Origin: an uncultured Bacteroides sp.
GTDB lineage: Bacteria; Bacteroidota; Bacteroidia; Bacteroidales; GCA-2748055
NCBI GenBank assembly: GCA_964604655.1
Contig: CAZRZY010000004.1
Span: forward strand, 11,656 to 75,655
Direction: 5' to 3'
Length of the DNA: 64,000 nucleotides
The notes beneath the pieces are model-generated. The model made no database searches, had not been told where the DNA came from, and worked only from the letters and a program-made list of their open reading frames with translations. Below, one piece after another: positions 1 through 8,857 of the stretch (positions are counted from its first letter, which is position 1; each line of letters begins with the position of its first letter). The translations under genes were made by a program, and so were the position numbers.

Positions 1-99
1 CAGCTCGGACTTCAGAGTAGGGGCAATGTGCGTGTCCAGTTTCTCCTCCAAAACTTTGATCAAAGTGTGGTTTTCAAATTTGTCAATCTTGAATTCCAT
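1..99 (-). CDS. STAS-domain (anti-sigma-factor antagonist-like) protein, 5' fragment; the rest of the gene lies left of the window
   Basis: The reverse complement of 1..99 starts with ATG (97..99). It reads MEFKIDKFENHTLIKVLEEKLDTHIAPTLKSEL with no stop up to position 1. The pattern resembles SpoIIAA/STAS N-termini. Only 33 codons are visible, so the family call is tentative. It is absent from the ORF track because it is truncated. Confidence 0.4.
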   Translation of the reverse strand, partial: MEFKIDKFENHTLIKVLEEKLDTHIAPTLKSEL

Positions 100-131
100 A
101 GCCGAGTGAATTAAATTTTAAGGGTTATGAA

Positions 132-2504
132 CTATTTTTCCTTGTCATCTCCAGAATCCTTAGTCTTCTTCCTATCACTCTTCTCACTCTCTTCCATTTC
201 AGACTTTAGGGCAGCCAGCTCGGAAATATCACCAAGGGTGGTTTTCTCCAGATTGGTCTTCAGTTTTCTGGTCGCTTTCCTCACTTCTGCACCCTCTGTC
301 TGTCTGGTGGAGCGGGCAGAGGATCTCTTCTCGTCTTCGTGGATCCGACTATGAGACAAGATAATCTTTTTTGCGGACTTATTAAACTCAATCACCTTAA
401 AATCTAATTTCTCGTCCACTTTCACAGAACCTCCGTCTTCTTTGACCAGGTGCTTGGGAGTAGCAAAGCCTTCCACTCCATAGGGCAATGCGATAACGGC
501 TCCCTTGTCCATCAGTTCAATGATCGTTCCTTCATGGATCGAATCCACCCCGAAGACCGTTTCGAAAACATCCCAGGGATTCTCCTCCAGCTGCTTATGC
601 CCAAGGCTGAGTCTCCGGTTCTCCTTATCAATCTCCAGAACAACCACTTCGATATCTGCACCAATGGAGGTGAACTCGGCCGGATGCTTGATCTTTTTGG
701 TCCATGAAAGATCGGAGATATGGATCAATCCGTCAACTCCTTCTTCAATCTCCACGAAAACTCCAAAGTTGGTAAAATTCCGGACTTTGGCCGTGTGTCT
801 GCTGCCCAGCCCGTACCTTTCTTCGATTTTCTCCCACGGATCGGTCTTCAGCTGCTTGATGCCCAGCGACATTTTTCGCTCTTCCCGGTCAAGGGTCAGG
901 ATAACCGCATCCACTTCATCACCCACTTTCATGAACTCCTGTGCACTCCTAAGATGTTGTGACCAGGACATCTCGGAGACGTGAATCAGTCCTTCCACTC
1001 CGGGAGCAATCTCAACAAAGGCGCCGTAATCGGCCATAACGACCACCCGGCCTTTCAGTTGATCGCCCACCTTGAGACCCTCGTCGAGAGAATCCCACGG
1101 ATGCGGAGTAAGCTGCTTCAGCCCCAGTGCGATACGCTTCTTGTCATCGTCGAAATCGAGGATCACCACATTGAGCTTCTGGTCCAGCTCCACCACCTCG
1201 TCCGGGTGGTTCAACCGACCCCAGGAGAGGTCGGTGATATGGATCAGGCCGTCGACACCTCCCAGGTCGATAAAGACACCATAGGAAGTAATATTCTTGA
1301 CGGTCCCTTCCAGTACCTGGCCTTTCTCGAGCTTGGCGATGATCTCCTTTTTCTGCTGTTCGAGCTCCTCTTCGATCAGTGCTTTGTGGGAAACGACCAC
1401 GTTCTTGAACTCGTGGTTAATCTTCACCACTTTAAACTCCATGTTTTTTCCCACATAGGCATCATAATCCCTGATCGGTTTCACATCGATCTGGGATCCC
1501 GGCAGGAAGGCCTCGATCCCGAATACATCGACGATCATTCCTCCTTTGGTCCTGCACTTGATGTATCCCTTGATCACTTCGTCCTGGTCCAGGGCCTGAT
1601 TGACCCGGTCCCAGGAGCGCAGGGCCCGTGCTTTTTTATGGGAAAGTACCAGCTGGCCCTTTTTATCCTCCTGGCTCTCCACGTATACTTCCACTGTGTC
1701 GCCAGCCTTCAGTTCTGGATTATAACGGAATTCCGAAAGCGAAATCACTCCTTCCGACTTGAACCCGATATTGATCACCACTTCTCTTTTATTCATGGAG
1801 ATCACCTTACCGTCGACCACTTCATTCTCGGCTACGGTGGAAAGGGTATCTTCATACATCTTTTCGTACTCCGACTGGTCGGTGTCGGTGTCCAGTTCAT
1901 CGGCAGCGAATTCGTCCCAGTCGAAATCTTTCAGACCCGTATCAGGATCGTCTCCGGCTGTGGCTGTCGCGGCGGTGACAGTCCCGGCTGTGGCTGTCTC
2001 AGCGGTGACAGTCCCCGGTGTGGCTGTCTCAGCGGCTGCTTCAGTGGCTGTTCCGGCGGTTGTCTCAGCCGTGGTTTCTTCGGCGGCTGTTCCGGCGGTT
2101 GTGCCGGCGGTTGCCTCGGCTTTAGTTTCTTCGGTGGCTGTTTCGGTAGTTGCCTCGGCTTTAGTTTCTTCGGAGGCTGCTCCGGCGGCTGCCTCGGCTT
2201 TAGTTTCTTCGGCGGCTGTTCCAGCGGCTGCCTCGGCTTTAGTTTCTTCGGCGGCTGCTTCGGCGGTTGCCTCGGCTTTAGTTTCTTCGGGGGTTGTCTC
2301 AGCCGTGGTTTCTTCCCCAGCTTTTTCATTGGAAGTTGCTTCAGCAGCAGGGGATTCAACGGAAGATGTGTTCTCTTCAGCTTCTTCCGTTTTAGCTTCA
2401 GCTTTAGGTTGTTGGCTTTCTTCAGGCTCTTCCGTGCGCTCTGCGCCCTGGTCTGCTTGATTCAGTTCTTCAGGCGTTTCTGCTTTCCTAGGTTCGTCAG
2501 ACAT
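132..2504 (-). CDS. rpsA: 30S ribosomal protein S1 with a ~195-aa low-complexity N-terminal extension
   Basis: 790-aa ORF. From about residue 195 (DFDWDEF...YEDTLSTVAENEVVDGKVISMNKREVVINIGFKSEGVISLSEF) it shows the N-terminal signature of Bacteroidota S1. Repeated S1/OB motifs follow (G.V..i...G.fVdl.g.dGliH.S). Upstream of that is an Ala/Glu/Thr-rich repeat tract with no internal Met. Confidence 0.95.
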   Translation of the reverse strand: MSDEPRKAETPEELNQADQGAERTEEPEESQQPKAEAKTEEAEENTSSVESPAAEATSNEKAGEETTAETTPEETKAEATAEAAAEETKAEAAAGTAAEETKAEAAAGAASEETKAEATTETATEETKAEATAGTTAGTAAEETTAETTAGTATEAAAETATPGTVTAETATAGTVTAATATAGDDPDTGLKDFDWDEFAADELDTDTDQSEYEKMYEDTLSTVAENEVVDGKVISMNKREVVINIGFKSEGVISLSEFRYNPELKAGDTVEVYVESQEDKKGQLVLSHKKARALRSWDRVNQALDQDEVIKGYIKCRTKGGMIVDVFGIEAFLPGSQIDVKPIRDYDAYVGKNMEFKVVKINHEFKNVVVSHKALIEEELEQQKKEIIAKLEKGQVLEGTVKNITSYGVFIDLGGVDGLIHITDLSWGRLNHPDEVVELDQKLNVVILDFDDDKKRIALGLKQLTPHPWDSLDEGLKVGDQLKGRVVVMADYGAFVEIAPGVEGLIHVSEMSWSQHLRSAQEFMKVGDEVDAVILTLDREERKMSLGIKQLKTDPWEKIEERYGLGSRHTAKVRNFTNFGVFVEIEEGVDGLIHISDLSWTKKIKHPAEFTSIGADIEVVVLEIDKENRRLSLGHKQLEENPWDVFETVFGVDSIHEGTIIELMDKGAVIALPYGVEGFATPKHLVKEDGGSVKVDEKLDFKVIEFNKSAKKIILSHSRIHEDEKRSSARSTRQTEGAEVRKATRKLKTNLEKTTLGDISELAALKSEMEESEKSDRKKTKDSGDDKEK
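1956..2035. repeat. 30-nt tandem repeat (~2.6 copies) inside the rpsA extension
   Basis: ggctgtggctgtc(g/t)c(g/a)gcggtgacagtccc occurs at 1956 and 1986, with a partial third copy from 2016. On the minus strand it encodes TATxGTVTA(E/A) units. Confidence 0.85.
2040..2320. repeat. 39-nt (13-codon) tandem repeat array, about 6-7 units, inside the rpsA extension
   Basis: The core gcctcggctttagtttcttcgg recurs at 2113, 2152, 2191, 2230 and 2269, an exact 39-nt period. ggctgttccggcggttgt recurs at 2046 and 2085, also 39 nt apart. tctcagccgtggtttcttc recurs near 2063 and 2297. The array encodes (A/T)AEETKAEA(A/T)(A/T)G(T/A)-type units. Confidence 0.9.
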
Positions 2505-2559
2505 TAGATAAATACTTTACAATTAATAAGTTAGACATTATAATTAACTAAACGAGCCG

Positions 2560-2589
2560 CAAAGTTACTAAATATGAGTAAAAACACAA
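2560..2589 (-). promoter_or_regulatory. Candidate Bacteroidota sigma-A promoter for rpsA (-33 TTG, 19-nt spacer, -7 TAACTTTG)
   Basis: The minus strand reads TTG (2589..2587), then a 19-nt spacer, then TAACTTTG (2567..2560). This is a perfect match to the Bacteroidetes TTG / TAnnTTTG consensus. It lies about 55 nt upstream of the rpsA ATG at 2504. The call rests on the motif only. Confidence 0.45.
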
Positions 2590-2644
2590 AACATGTTGGA
2601 CTGTCCAGGGCCGCTGCATCTTTTACCTGACAAGCGATGGAGCT

Positions 2645-3898
2645 CTATTCAGTCAGACCGGTAAGGGCTTCCGGAGTGAATTGATTCTGGTGAATCAGGA
2701 TCAGGTCTCCATCTCGCAGTTCTTCCTGATTTAAAACAGTGATAGCCAGGTACTCATTACCAGAACTTCTTTGAAAACGCAATTTGGCGAACTTGAACCA
2801 GAAACCGGGATTATGATGTTTCCAGGTTCCGCAAACTACCGTGCTGACCTCATCCCCGTGAAGAATATGCAGTCTGGTCCGGTCATCCTTTTCAATGTCA
2901 AATCCCTCCCGGTCGGTGCTGAAAATGATCGCACCATTGGAAAGTCTTGTTCCGTAGAAGACCGCACCATCCACTGCAATCAATTTTTCCAGAGTATCCT
3001 GCTGCCTCTCCCACCGATAGATCCCTGCCAGTTCCTCACTTCCGTTGTCGGTACCCCAGATAACCTCCTCTTCCGTAAATACCAACTGACATACCCTCCA
3101 GACCTGGGAACCCGTACCGATCCCCTGAACGGACCTGAAATCATTGCCGGTCCACAATACGCTGCTCTCCTCATCACCATCTCCTGTCAGCACCCAGATC
3201 TTCTCACCGTAGGGGTCATACTGAACCGCATGGATGTGACGGATAGCACCTGGTTCGAACCGGTGCACCACCTGCCAGTCCCTGAAATCGTCACCGGTTC
3301 GCCAAATCCTTACGGCTTCTGTTCTATCGGCATTTTGAAAATATTCACCGAAATAGATGGCTGAATCCCCCAGACTTAGAAGGCCCGCATTCCTGACACC
3401 CTGGTCACCAAACCCGTAAAAATCGATCTCCATCGTTTTTTGAAATCGTCCTTCGCCCTGGTGCCTGATCCAGAATTGTCCTGCGGACAGGGCGCATATA
3501 TCTCCGCTTGCTGTGGTGACCATCTCCACACACTCGGGCCTGATGCTCAGCCTTCGCACGATCGTGAAATTGCGCAGCCAGTAAGGATTGAGTCCGGTGG
3601 GGATATGGGCCACCTTTTGGAAACGCTCCTCCCCTTTTTCCAGTTTATAGATAATCATCCCTCTCGTGGCCCAAAGATCCCCGTTTTCATCATATTCCTG
3701 AACAATGAGGTCTTTGGCGTGAAAGCACGTAAATCCAAATACCTGATCTTCATAAAGATGAATTCTACGAGGGCCGATATAATCAATCGTCAGATACGAT
3801 AAAAAGCCAACGATAAGTGCGGCTCCGATCTTAACAATAATTCTTCCTCGAAATCTAATCTTTGCCATAATCTGCATGAAGTCCCTGCTTGAATACAA
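2645..3898 (-). CDS. Hypothetical membrane-anchored protein, probably beta-propeller-like
   Basis: 417-aa ORF. The N-terminal basic stretch plus hydrophobic helix (KIRFRGRIIVKIGAALIVGFLSYL) suggests a signal anchor. The remainder has recurring strand-rich W/G/D segments (WRTGDDFRDWQ, LWTGNDFRSVQ, IWGTDNGSE). The start is more likely M11 (3868), because the longest ORF overlaps the divergent neighbour head-to-head. Function is unknown. Confidence 0.7.
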   Translation of the reverse strand: MYSSRDFMQIMAKIRFRGRIIVKIGAALIVGFLSYLTIDYIGPRRIHLYEDQVFGFTCFHAKDLIVQEYDENGDLWATRGMIIYKLEKGEERFQKVAHIPTGLNPYWLRNFTIVRRLSIRPECVEMVTTASGDICALSAGQFWIRHQGEGRFQKTMEIDFYGFGDQGVRNAGLLSLGDSAIYFGEYFQNADRTEAVRIWRTGDDFRDWQVVHRFEPGAIRHIHAVQYDPYGEKIWVLTGDGDEESSVLWTGNDFRSVQGIGTGSQVWRVCQLVFTEEEVIWGTDNGSEELAGIYRWERQQDTLEKLIAVDGAVFYGTRLSNGAIIFSTDREGFDIEKDDRTRLHILHGDEVSTVVCGTWKHHNPGFWFKFAKLRFQRSSGNEYLAITVLNQEELRDGDLILIHQNQFTPEALTGLTE

Positions 3899-5003
3899 AA
3901 ATCAAACATACATAAAAAGCTTTATTTACGAACAAATACCTGAAAATTATGGCTGTCATCGTTTAGATGATATCTTTGAGCAGCCTCAGTCGATATTTGA
4001 AAACTTCAAATCGCAAAACATGAAAGATGTAAAAAAAATGCTTTGCAGAATGGCAGACCTGATCCTGTTTCCCGTTTCAATTCCCATGGCGGTGCTATTT
4101 AAAACCCTTCGAAAGAACAGGTTTCATAATTTTCCTCTTTTCAAAAAAATATTCTTTTGGATCGGTGTCTACCCGGTCATCGACCATTACTACGAACCAT
4201 TATTTAATCCAAAATATCTGAAGCATTCCCCCAGGATTGACAGATATCTGCCTGGTATTGATCTAAATGATAAAGAGCAGCTTGAATTATTGGAGAAATT
4301 CAATTACAATCATGAATTAGAAGCCATTCCCCGGCTTCCCCAAAACAGGACAGAGAAGCACGAGTATTGTTTCTCGGAGGGCCTCTTTTTATCCGGAGAT
4401 GCGGAGTATTTGTACAATATCATTAGATTTTTCAAACCCCGCACGATGATCGAAATTGGATCTGGTCATTCGACCCTAATGGCAAGAAAAGCTCTGGAGA
4501 AGAACAGAACAGAGGATAGCAACTATGCTTATAGCCACAAATGCATTGAACCATTCGAAAATCTGTGGCTGGAAGAGCTTGGTATCGAAATCATCCGTGA
4601 GAGGGTGGAGGACCTCGATGTATCATTCTTTCAGCAGCTGGAAAGAAATGATATTCTTTTTATAGATTCGTCTCATATGATCAGACCACAGGGGGATGTA
4701 CTGTTTGAATACCTGACATTACTTCCATCCTTGAGCCCGGGTGTGATTGTTCATGTACATGATATCTTTACTCCAAAAGATTATTTGACTGGATGGATCA
4801 ATAATGCATCCTTTTGGAACGAACAATACCTGTTAGAAGCATTTCTTACCCACAACGACAGATATAAAGTTATTGGAGCTTTAAACTATTTGATGCATCA
4901 TCATTCCGATATGCTTTCAGCAAAGTGCCCTGTTTTGCAACAAGATAGGGAAAACGGGATTGAGAGAGAACCCGGTTCTTTCTGGTTAGTAAAACAGTAT
5001 TGA
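3876..5003 (+). CDS. Class I SAM-dependent methyltransferase (Methyltransf_24-like) with an N-terminal hydrophobic segment
   Basis: MIEIGSGHSTLMARKAL is a SAM-binding motif I (E/DxGxGxG-like). ILFIDSSH...VIVHVHDIF follows it. This resembles the O-methyltransferase family found in glycan loci. An alternative start is M49 at 4020 (MKDVKKM), which removes the 23-nt head-to-head overlap with 2645..3898. Confidence 0.75.
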   Translation: MKSLLEYKNQTYIKSFIYEQIPENYGCHRLDDIFEQPQSIFENFKSQNMKDVKKMLCRMADLILFPVSIPMAVLFKTLRKNRFHNFPLFKKIFFWIGVYPVIDHYYEPLFNPKYLKHSPRIDRYLPGIDLNDKEQLELLEKFNYNHELEAIPRLPQNRTEKHEYCFSEGLFLSGDAEYLYNIIRFFKPRTMIEIGSGHSTLMARKALEKNRTEDSNYAYSHKCIEPFENLWLEELGIEIIRERVEDLDVSFFQQLERNDILFIDSSHMIRPQGDVLFEYLTLLPSLSPGVIVHVHDIFTPKDYLTGWINNASFWNEQYLLEAFLTHNDRYKVIGALNYLMHHHSDMLSAKCPVLQQDRENGIEREPGSFWLVKQY

Positions 5004-5052
5004 TCTGGTGATGGATATATGCAAGCCGTTTTTCCAGATATCACCAGGATCA
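5001..5052 (+). repeat. Inverted repeat / RNA hairpin overlapping the methyltransferase stop codon
   Basis: tgatctggtgat (5001..5012) pairs with atcaccaggatca (5040..5052), giving 12 bp with a one-nucleotide bulge at g5047 and a 27-nt loop. No U-tract follows on the plus strand, so this is not a canonical intrinsic terminator. Confidence 0.4.
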
Positions 5053-5136
5053 GAGATCAAAAATAGGGTGTGCCGGATAGATTAATACGACATAAAATAT
5101 ACCTTTACACTTCCGAAATACCAAAACTTCCGAATT

Positions 5137-6465
5137 ATGAAAATTGCTGTCATTGGCACAGGATACGTAGGACTGGTCTCCGGGACCTGCTTCGCGGAGA
5201 CGGGGATCACCGTGACCTGCGTGGATATTGACCAGAAAAAAATTGATGATCTGAATAACGGGATTATACCCATCTATGAACCCGGACTGGAGAACATGGT
5301 CCGCAATAACGTGGAGAAGGGTTTGCTTTCTTTCAATACCAGCCTGGAGGAGAGTATCGTCGACTGCGAAGCGGTCTTCATTGCAGTGGGGACTCCTCCG
5401 GGAGAAGATGGCAGCGCCGATCTGCAGTATGTGCTGGCAGTGGCCGAAGATATCGGAAATTATATGCAGGATTATCTGGTGGTGGCCACCAAGAGTACCG
5501 TGCCCATCAAGACGGCCGAAAAAGTAAGGGGGCGGATCGCCATGTCCCTCAAAAAGCGGAACGCGGAGATCGATTTTGATGTGGCATCCAATCCCGAGTT
5601 CCTGAAGGAAGGGGATGCCATCAATGATTTTCTGAAGCCCGACCGGATCGTTATCGGCACCGATTCGGAACGTGCTGAAAAGATCATGCAGCGGTTATAC
5701 AAGCCTTTTCTATTGAATGGCCATCCGATCATATTCATGGATATCACCTCGGCAGAGATGACCAAGTATGCGGCCAATTCCATGCTGGCCACAAAAATCA
5801 GTTTCATGAACGATATGGCCAATCTTTGCGAGGCGGTGGGAGCGGATATCAATATGGTCCGCAAGGGAATCGGCAGCGACAGCAGGATCGGTAAAAAATT
5901 CATCTATCCGGGAGTGGGTTACGGGGGAAGCTGTTTTCCAAAGGACGTAAAGGCTCTGATCCGCACCGGTGACGAGTATAACCGGTCCCTGGAGATTCTG
6001 AAAGCAGTGGAACTTGTCAATGAGAATCAGAAAGCCGTTCTTCCGTCCAAGGTCCGGGCCCATTACGGAAATGAGCTGAAAGGAAAAAAGCTGACCCTCT
6101 GGGGCCTTTCTTTCAAACCTCAAACCGACGATATGCGAGAGGCTCCTTCCCTGCGAATCATCGACGAACTGCTGAAGGAGGGTGTGGAACTCCGGACCTA
6201 TGATCCGGTAGCTATGAAAGAGGCACGTAAGGTTCTGGGCGATTCGGTGGAGTTCTGTGAGGATAAATACGAGGCGCTGCTGGACAGCAGCGGACTGCTG
6301 CTGATCACCGAATGGCCCGAGTTCCGGATGCTGAATTTCAAGGTACTTGAAAAACTGATGACTGAGAAGGTGATTTTCGACGGCAGGAACATTTATGACG
6401 CTGAGGAGCTCCGTGAGCAAGGATTTACCTACTACAGTATTGGAAGGCAACCCGTGAAAAACTGA
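5137..6465 (+). CDS. ugd: UDP-glucose 6-dehydrogenase
   Basis: The N-terminus [31 protein letters not shown], the catalytic-Cys region [11 protein letters not shown], and the 442-aa length are typical of Ugd. WbpA/WecC-type enzymes carry GYVGLP instead. Confidence 0.93.
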   Translation: MKIAVIGTGYVGLVSGTCFAETGITVTCVDIDQKKIDDLNNGIIPIYEPGLENMVRNNVEKGLLSFNTSLEESIVDCEAVFIAVGTPPGEDGSADLQYVLAVAEDIGNYMQDYLVVATKSTVPIKTAEKVRGRIAMSLKKRNAEIDFDVASNPEFLKEGDAINDFLKPDRIVIGTDSERAEKIMQRLYKPFLLNGHPIIFMDITSAEMTKYAANSMLATKISFMNDMANLCEAVGADINMVRKGIGSDSRIGKKFIYPGVGYGGSCFPKDVKALIRTGDEYNRSLEILKAVELVNENQKAVLPSKVRAHYGNELKGKKLTLWGLSFKPQTDDMREAPSLRIIDELLKEGVELRTYDPVAMKEARKVLGDSVEFCEDKYEALLDSSGLLLITEWPEFRMLNFKVLEKLMTEKVIFDGRNIYDAEELREQGFTYYSIGRQPVKN

Positions 6466-6467
6466 AA

Positions 6468-7409
6468 ATGAGAAGGATCCTAATCACCGGCGGAGCGGGC
6501 TTTATTGGCTCACATCTCTGTGAGCGTTTGCTGAAGGAGAATAACGAGGTGCTTTGCCTGGATAACTATTTCACCGGTGCCAAGCGCAACATTATCCATC
6601 TCCTGAATAATCCCTATTTCGAACTGATCAGGCATGATGTAACCTCCCCCTACTTCGTGGAAGTGGATGAGATCTACAACCTGGCATGCCCGGCCTCTCC
6701 CATCCACTATCAGTACAATCCCATCAAAACGGTCAAGACATCGGTGATGGGTGCCATCAATATGCTGGGGCTGGCCAAGCGCATCAAGGCAAAGATCCTT
6801 CAGGCTTCGACCAGCGAGGTGTATGGGGATCCCACCCTCCACCCCCAGCCGGAATCCTACTGGGGAAATGTAAATCCCATCGGACCGCGATCTTGTTACG
6901 ATGAAGGAAAGCGATGTGCGGAAACCCTCTTCAAGGACTATCACCAGCAAAACGGGGTCCGGATCAAGATCGTGCGGATTTTCAATACCTATGGCCCCAG
7001 AATGCATCCCAACGACGGCAGGGTGGTCTCCAATTTCATCGTTCAGGCGCTGAAAAATCAGAACATTACCATTTACGGCGATGGTACACAGACCAGAAGC
7101 TTCCAGTATGTGGATGATTTGCTGGAGGGGATGGTGCGGATGATGAACACCGATGATGAGGTGACCGGTCCCGTCAACCTGGGAAATCCAAGGGAATTCA
7201 CCATGCTGGAACTGGCGCAAAAGATCCTGGATCTGACGGGATCCTCATCGGAAATCGTTTACCTGCCTCTTCCTCAGGATGACCCGGTCCAGCGACAACC
7301 CGTCATTGGCAAAGCCAGAGATCTGCTTTCAGACTGGGAGCCCCTGGTGGAACTGGAGACCGGGCTGAATGAGACTATTGCGTATTTCGACCAACTGCTA
7401 AAAGAGTAA
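6468..7409 (+). CDS. uxs: UDP-glucuronate decarboxylase (UDP-xylose synthase)
   Basis: [62 protein letters not shown] and [10 protein letters not shown] are the hallmark extended-SDR UXS signature. It lies immediately downstream of ugd with a 2-nt gap. Confidence 0.9.
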   Translation: MRRILITGGAGFIGSHLCERLLKENNEVLCLDNYFTGAKRNIIHLLNNPYFELIRHDVTSPYFVEVDEIYNLACPASPIHYQYNPIKTVKTSVMGAINMLGLAKRIKAKILQASTSEVYGDPTLHPQPESYWGNVNPIGPRSCYDEGKRCAETLFKDYHQQNGVRIKIVRIFNTYGPRMHPNDGRVVSNFIVQALKNQNITIYGDGTQTRSFQYVDDLLEGMVRMMNTDDEVTGPVNLGNPREFTMLELAQKILDLTGSSSEIVYLPLPQDDPVQRQPVIGKARDLLSDWEPLVELETGLNETIAYFDQLLKE

Positions 7410-7410
7410 G

Positions 7411-8298
7411 ATGAAAGGCATCATCCTGGCCGGAGGCGCCGGCACCCGACTTTATCCGATCACCAGATCCATCTCCAAGCAGATCATCCCGGTCTACGAC
7501 AAACCCATGATCTATTATCCGCTCTCCGTTCTAATGCTTGCCGGTTTAAGGGAGATTCTGATTATCTCCACTCCTGAAGACCTCCCCCTCTATCAGACCC
7601 TGCTCAATGATGGCCGTCAGCTTGGACTCTCGCTCCACTATGCCATGCAACCCTCGCCAGACGGGTTGGCTCAGGCATTCCTGATCGGGGAAGAATTCAT
7701 CGGCAGCGATTCAGTCTGCCTGATTCTGGGGGACAACATATTCTACGGCCATGGATTCTCACACACCCTGAAAGAGGCTGCTGCCCTGGATAAAGGAGCC
7801 CTCGTTTTCGGTTATTACGTGACCGACCCGGAGCGATACGGGGTGGTGGATTTTGACGAACAAGGGCAGGTGGTAAGCCTGGAGGAGAAGCCGGCCAGAC
7901 CCTCTTCCAACTATGCGGTCACCGGGCTTTATTTCTATGATAATCAGGTGGTTGAAAAGGCCAAATCACTGAAGCCTTCCAAAAGGGGGGAACTGGAGAT
8001 CACCGATCTGAACAGGCTCTACCTGGATAAAGGCCTGTTGAGGGTAAAGATAATGGGTCGTGGAATGGCATGGCTGGACACGGGCACACACGAAAGTCTT
8101 CTCCAGGCATCCAACTATATTCATACCATCGAAATGAGGCAGGGGCTGAAGATCTCCTGCATTGAAGAGATCGCCTACAAAATGGGCTTTATCAGCAGGG
8201 AGGAGCTTTTACGATTGGCGGAGGAACTGAAAAAATCGGCTTACGGTGAATATCTGTTTCAAATAGCCTCGGAAAAGCGAATTACCTCTGAAATTTAG
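7411..8298 (+). CDS. rfbA: Glucose-1-phosphate thymidylyltransferase
   Basis: [18 protein letters not shown]...[21 protein letters not shown] and YGVV.FD are the canonical RmlA motifs. 295 aa. Confidence 0.95.
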   Translation: MKGIILAGGAGTRLYPITRSISKQIIPVYDKPMIYYPLSVLMLAGLREILIISTPEDLPLYQTLLNDGRQLGLSLHYAMQPSPDGLAQAFLIGEEFIGSDSVCLILGDNIFYGHGFSHTLKEAAALDKGALVFGYYVTDPERYGVVDFDEQGQVVSLEEKPARPSSNYAVTGLYFYDNQVVEKAKSLKPSKRGELEITDLNRLYLDKGLLRVKIMGRGMAWLDTGTHESLLQASNYIHTIEMRQGLKISCIEEIAYKMGFISREELLRLAEELKKSAYGEYLFQIASEKRITSEI

Positions 8299-8305
8299 CA
8301 CACTT

Positions 8306-8857
8306 ATGATTGTAAAAGAGACGGGAATCGAAGGAGTGTATATTCTGGAGCCCAGGGTATTTACCGATTCACGCGGATCCTTCCAGGAAAGTTACCACCA
8401 GGAGAGGTTCAGGGAGCTGGGGTTCATGCAGGATTTCGTTCAGGACAATCAGTCCCATTCCGTATTCGGAGTGATTCGGGGACTCCATTTTCAAAAACCT
8501 CCCTATGAACAGACGAAACTGGTCCGGGTAGTATCCGGAACCATCTATGATGTGGCAGTGGATCTCCGTCCCCTCTCCTCCACCTATGGAAAGTGGTTCG
8601 GCATAGAATTGAGCGCAGAAAACAGCCTCCAGCTCCTGATCCCCGGCGGATTTGCCCATGGATTCTCCGTATTATCGGATGAAGCTACGGTTTTCTATAA
8701 ATGCAACGCATATTACCATCCTGCCTCAGAATCGGGTATCCGCTTTGATGATCCCGATCTGGATATTGACTGGAGGCTTGATCCTGAATCGGAGATCATC
8801 TCTGACAAGGACAGAAACCTCCACTCTTTCAAGGACCTGAAAACAGACCAACTATGA
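8306..8857 (+). CDS. rfbC: dTDP-4-dehydrorhamnose 3,5-epimerase
   Basis: RmlC cupin motifs are present: D.RG.F.E, RGLHFQ (His61), KLVRV (Lys71), FYKC (Tyr131). 183 aa. Confidence 0.93.
   Translation: MIVKETGIEGVYILEPRVFTDSRGSFQESYHQERFRELGFMQDFVQDNQSHSVFGVIRGLHFQKPPYEQTKLVRVVSGTIYDVAVDLRPLSSTYGKWFGIELSAENSLQLLIPGGFAHGFSVLSDEATVFYKCNAYYHPASESGIRFDDPDLDIDWRLDPESEIISDKDRNLHSFKDLKTDQL

Noticed and set aside
1931-2359. 142-aa minus-strand ORF with PPKKLKPRQ repeats
   Set aside because: It is on the same strand as rpsA but in another frame, entirely within the 39-nt repeat array. It is an open frame produced by the repeat periodicity, not an independent gene.
981-2507. 508-aa plus-strand ORF antisense to rpsA (Cys/Gly/Phe-rich repeats at its C-terminus)
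   Set aside because: The opposite strand encodes an unmistakable S1 protein. The antisense ORF is low-complexity, mirrors the tandem DNA repeats, and has no recognisable motif.
5137-6465. Possibility that this dehydrogenase is WbpA (UDP-GlcNAc 6-dehydrogenase), completing the Wbp pathway
   Set aside because: The N-terminus [15 protein letters not shown] and the immediate coupling to UDP-xylose synthase fit Ugd. WbpA/WecC-type enzymes carry GLGYVGLP as I recall. This leaves WbpA unassigned (see findings).
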